Positions 63,084 through 64,000 of a DNA stretch of 64,000 bases are shown one piece after another. Numbering within the stretch: position 1 is the stretch's first letter; each line of letters starts with the position of its first letter. The translations under genes were made by a program, and so were the position numbers. This DNA comes from Syncephalis fuscata S228 (lineage: Eukaryota; Fungi; Zoopagomycota): contig JAHLTZ010000056.1 in assembly GCA_025786725.1 (NCBI GenBank), forward strand, positions 31,745 through 95,744, written 5' to 3'. The notes beneath the pieces are model-generated. The model had not been told where the DNA came from and searched no databases. It worked only from the letters and a program-made list of their open reading frames with translations.

Positions 63084-64000
63084 TTATTTAAATGTGTCTA
63101 TTCATAATTATAGTTTGTCATTTAACACCATTTGATTTATATTATAATCTTATTATAGTTTATTAACTAAAAATAATTTTACATTGCAAATATTAGCAGA
63201 TTGAAGTTAGTTACATTCACGCTGTGTGGTTTATTAGTTTAACTGTAAAAATCAACGACCAATAGCAATACTAAACAACCAGCACTTGTATTTTGAGTAT
63301 TAAAGTATTGGCAAAACCAAAAGCAAGCATTATAAAGCAATGTTGTAATAAAATGCTATTTGGTTATTTGCCTACAACTTTTAAAACTAGAGCTGTAACA
63401 ACATTATGGTTTATCCATAGTAAATATCTTCAACTACAGTTATTTTGATTACACAAATGTCTCATTACTAATTGCGATTTTTATGCATATAACACTTATG
63501 TCGCCACTTTAGCATTAATGTGCAATAGTTATGAACATTGTAAACCTGCATTTTGTTATTTTTATTACACATAGCCATTATGAAAATGTATTTTTATTTT
63601 TAATATCTTAAAATGTCTATGAAACTCGCCTACAAATTTAAACGTAGAATTATTGCTTCGATACTATAACAATACACTACAAAAGCAAACGAGTGGTTTC
63701 AACATAACTAGATAATAATCAACAAAACGTGCGTTAAAAAGCGATAGTAATCATTTAATTGATACAGCGTTACTAATACTACGTGTAACTTTATGTATAA
63801 TGAATCAAATTGCTGATGTTTTGCACAAATATACGTATGCCATATAGGTAGCTATTGGTAAAGTATACCGTTATTGTATTGTGTGATGATGTAGTAATTG
63901 TAGTAATACGCTAACAAATATGCAAAAACAGCAGTTTTATGCCATTTACGGCCTATATAAGTAAAATACAGCAAAATGATTGCCGGATTCGAGTTCTCCA
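63084..64000 (-). repeat. Inverted near-identical copy of 34019-34932, running off the window end
   Basis: Reverse complement matches over ~915 bp with scattered substitutions and 1-bp indels; the last ~225 bp therefore also match the left foldback arm directly. Confidence 0.95.

Overview
AT-rich, intron-containing eukaryotic DNA. The gene set and ~50-70 nt GT-AG introns indicate an early-diverging fungus (Zoopagomycota/Mucoromycota-like; inference). Genes, in order: 3' part of a myosin-motor chitin synthase, a velvet-family regulator with a very long multi-intron leader, a possible augmin HAUS7-like protein, PFK-2/FBPase-2, ARPC3, a GPCR-like 7TM protein, a GNAT acetyltransferase, an Amt/Mep ammonium transporter, five sugar-porter paralogues in two clusters, a small PP1-binding (RVxF...YDR) protein, TMEM170, a hypothetical protein, a REEP/HVA22-domain protein and NDUFA8. 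Mobile/repeat content: an intact-ORF, apparently 5'-truncated non-LTR retrotransposon (APE-RT-RNase H, 20-bp TSD), and a ~300-bp-arm foldback whose right side is duplicated, inverted, at the window end. Best leads not shown by the ORF track: (1) a decayed C-terminus of a Fanzor/TnpB-type RNA-guided nuclease at ~55.7-55.9 kb followed by three stem-loops (candidate omegaRNA relic); (2) a 912-nt velvet intron folded into a ~280-nt G-U-rich sense-strand hairpin with a mutually exclusive alternative pairing; (3) an in-frame ATG supplied to the retroelement by its own target site, plus a structured 3' UTR. Several host genes carry single-base deletions in short runs that look like assembly errors. 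All family assignments come from motif recognition by eye; no searches were run.
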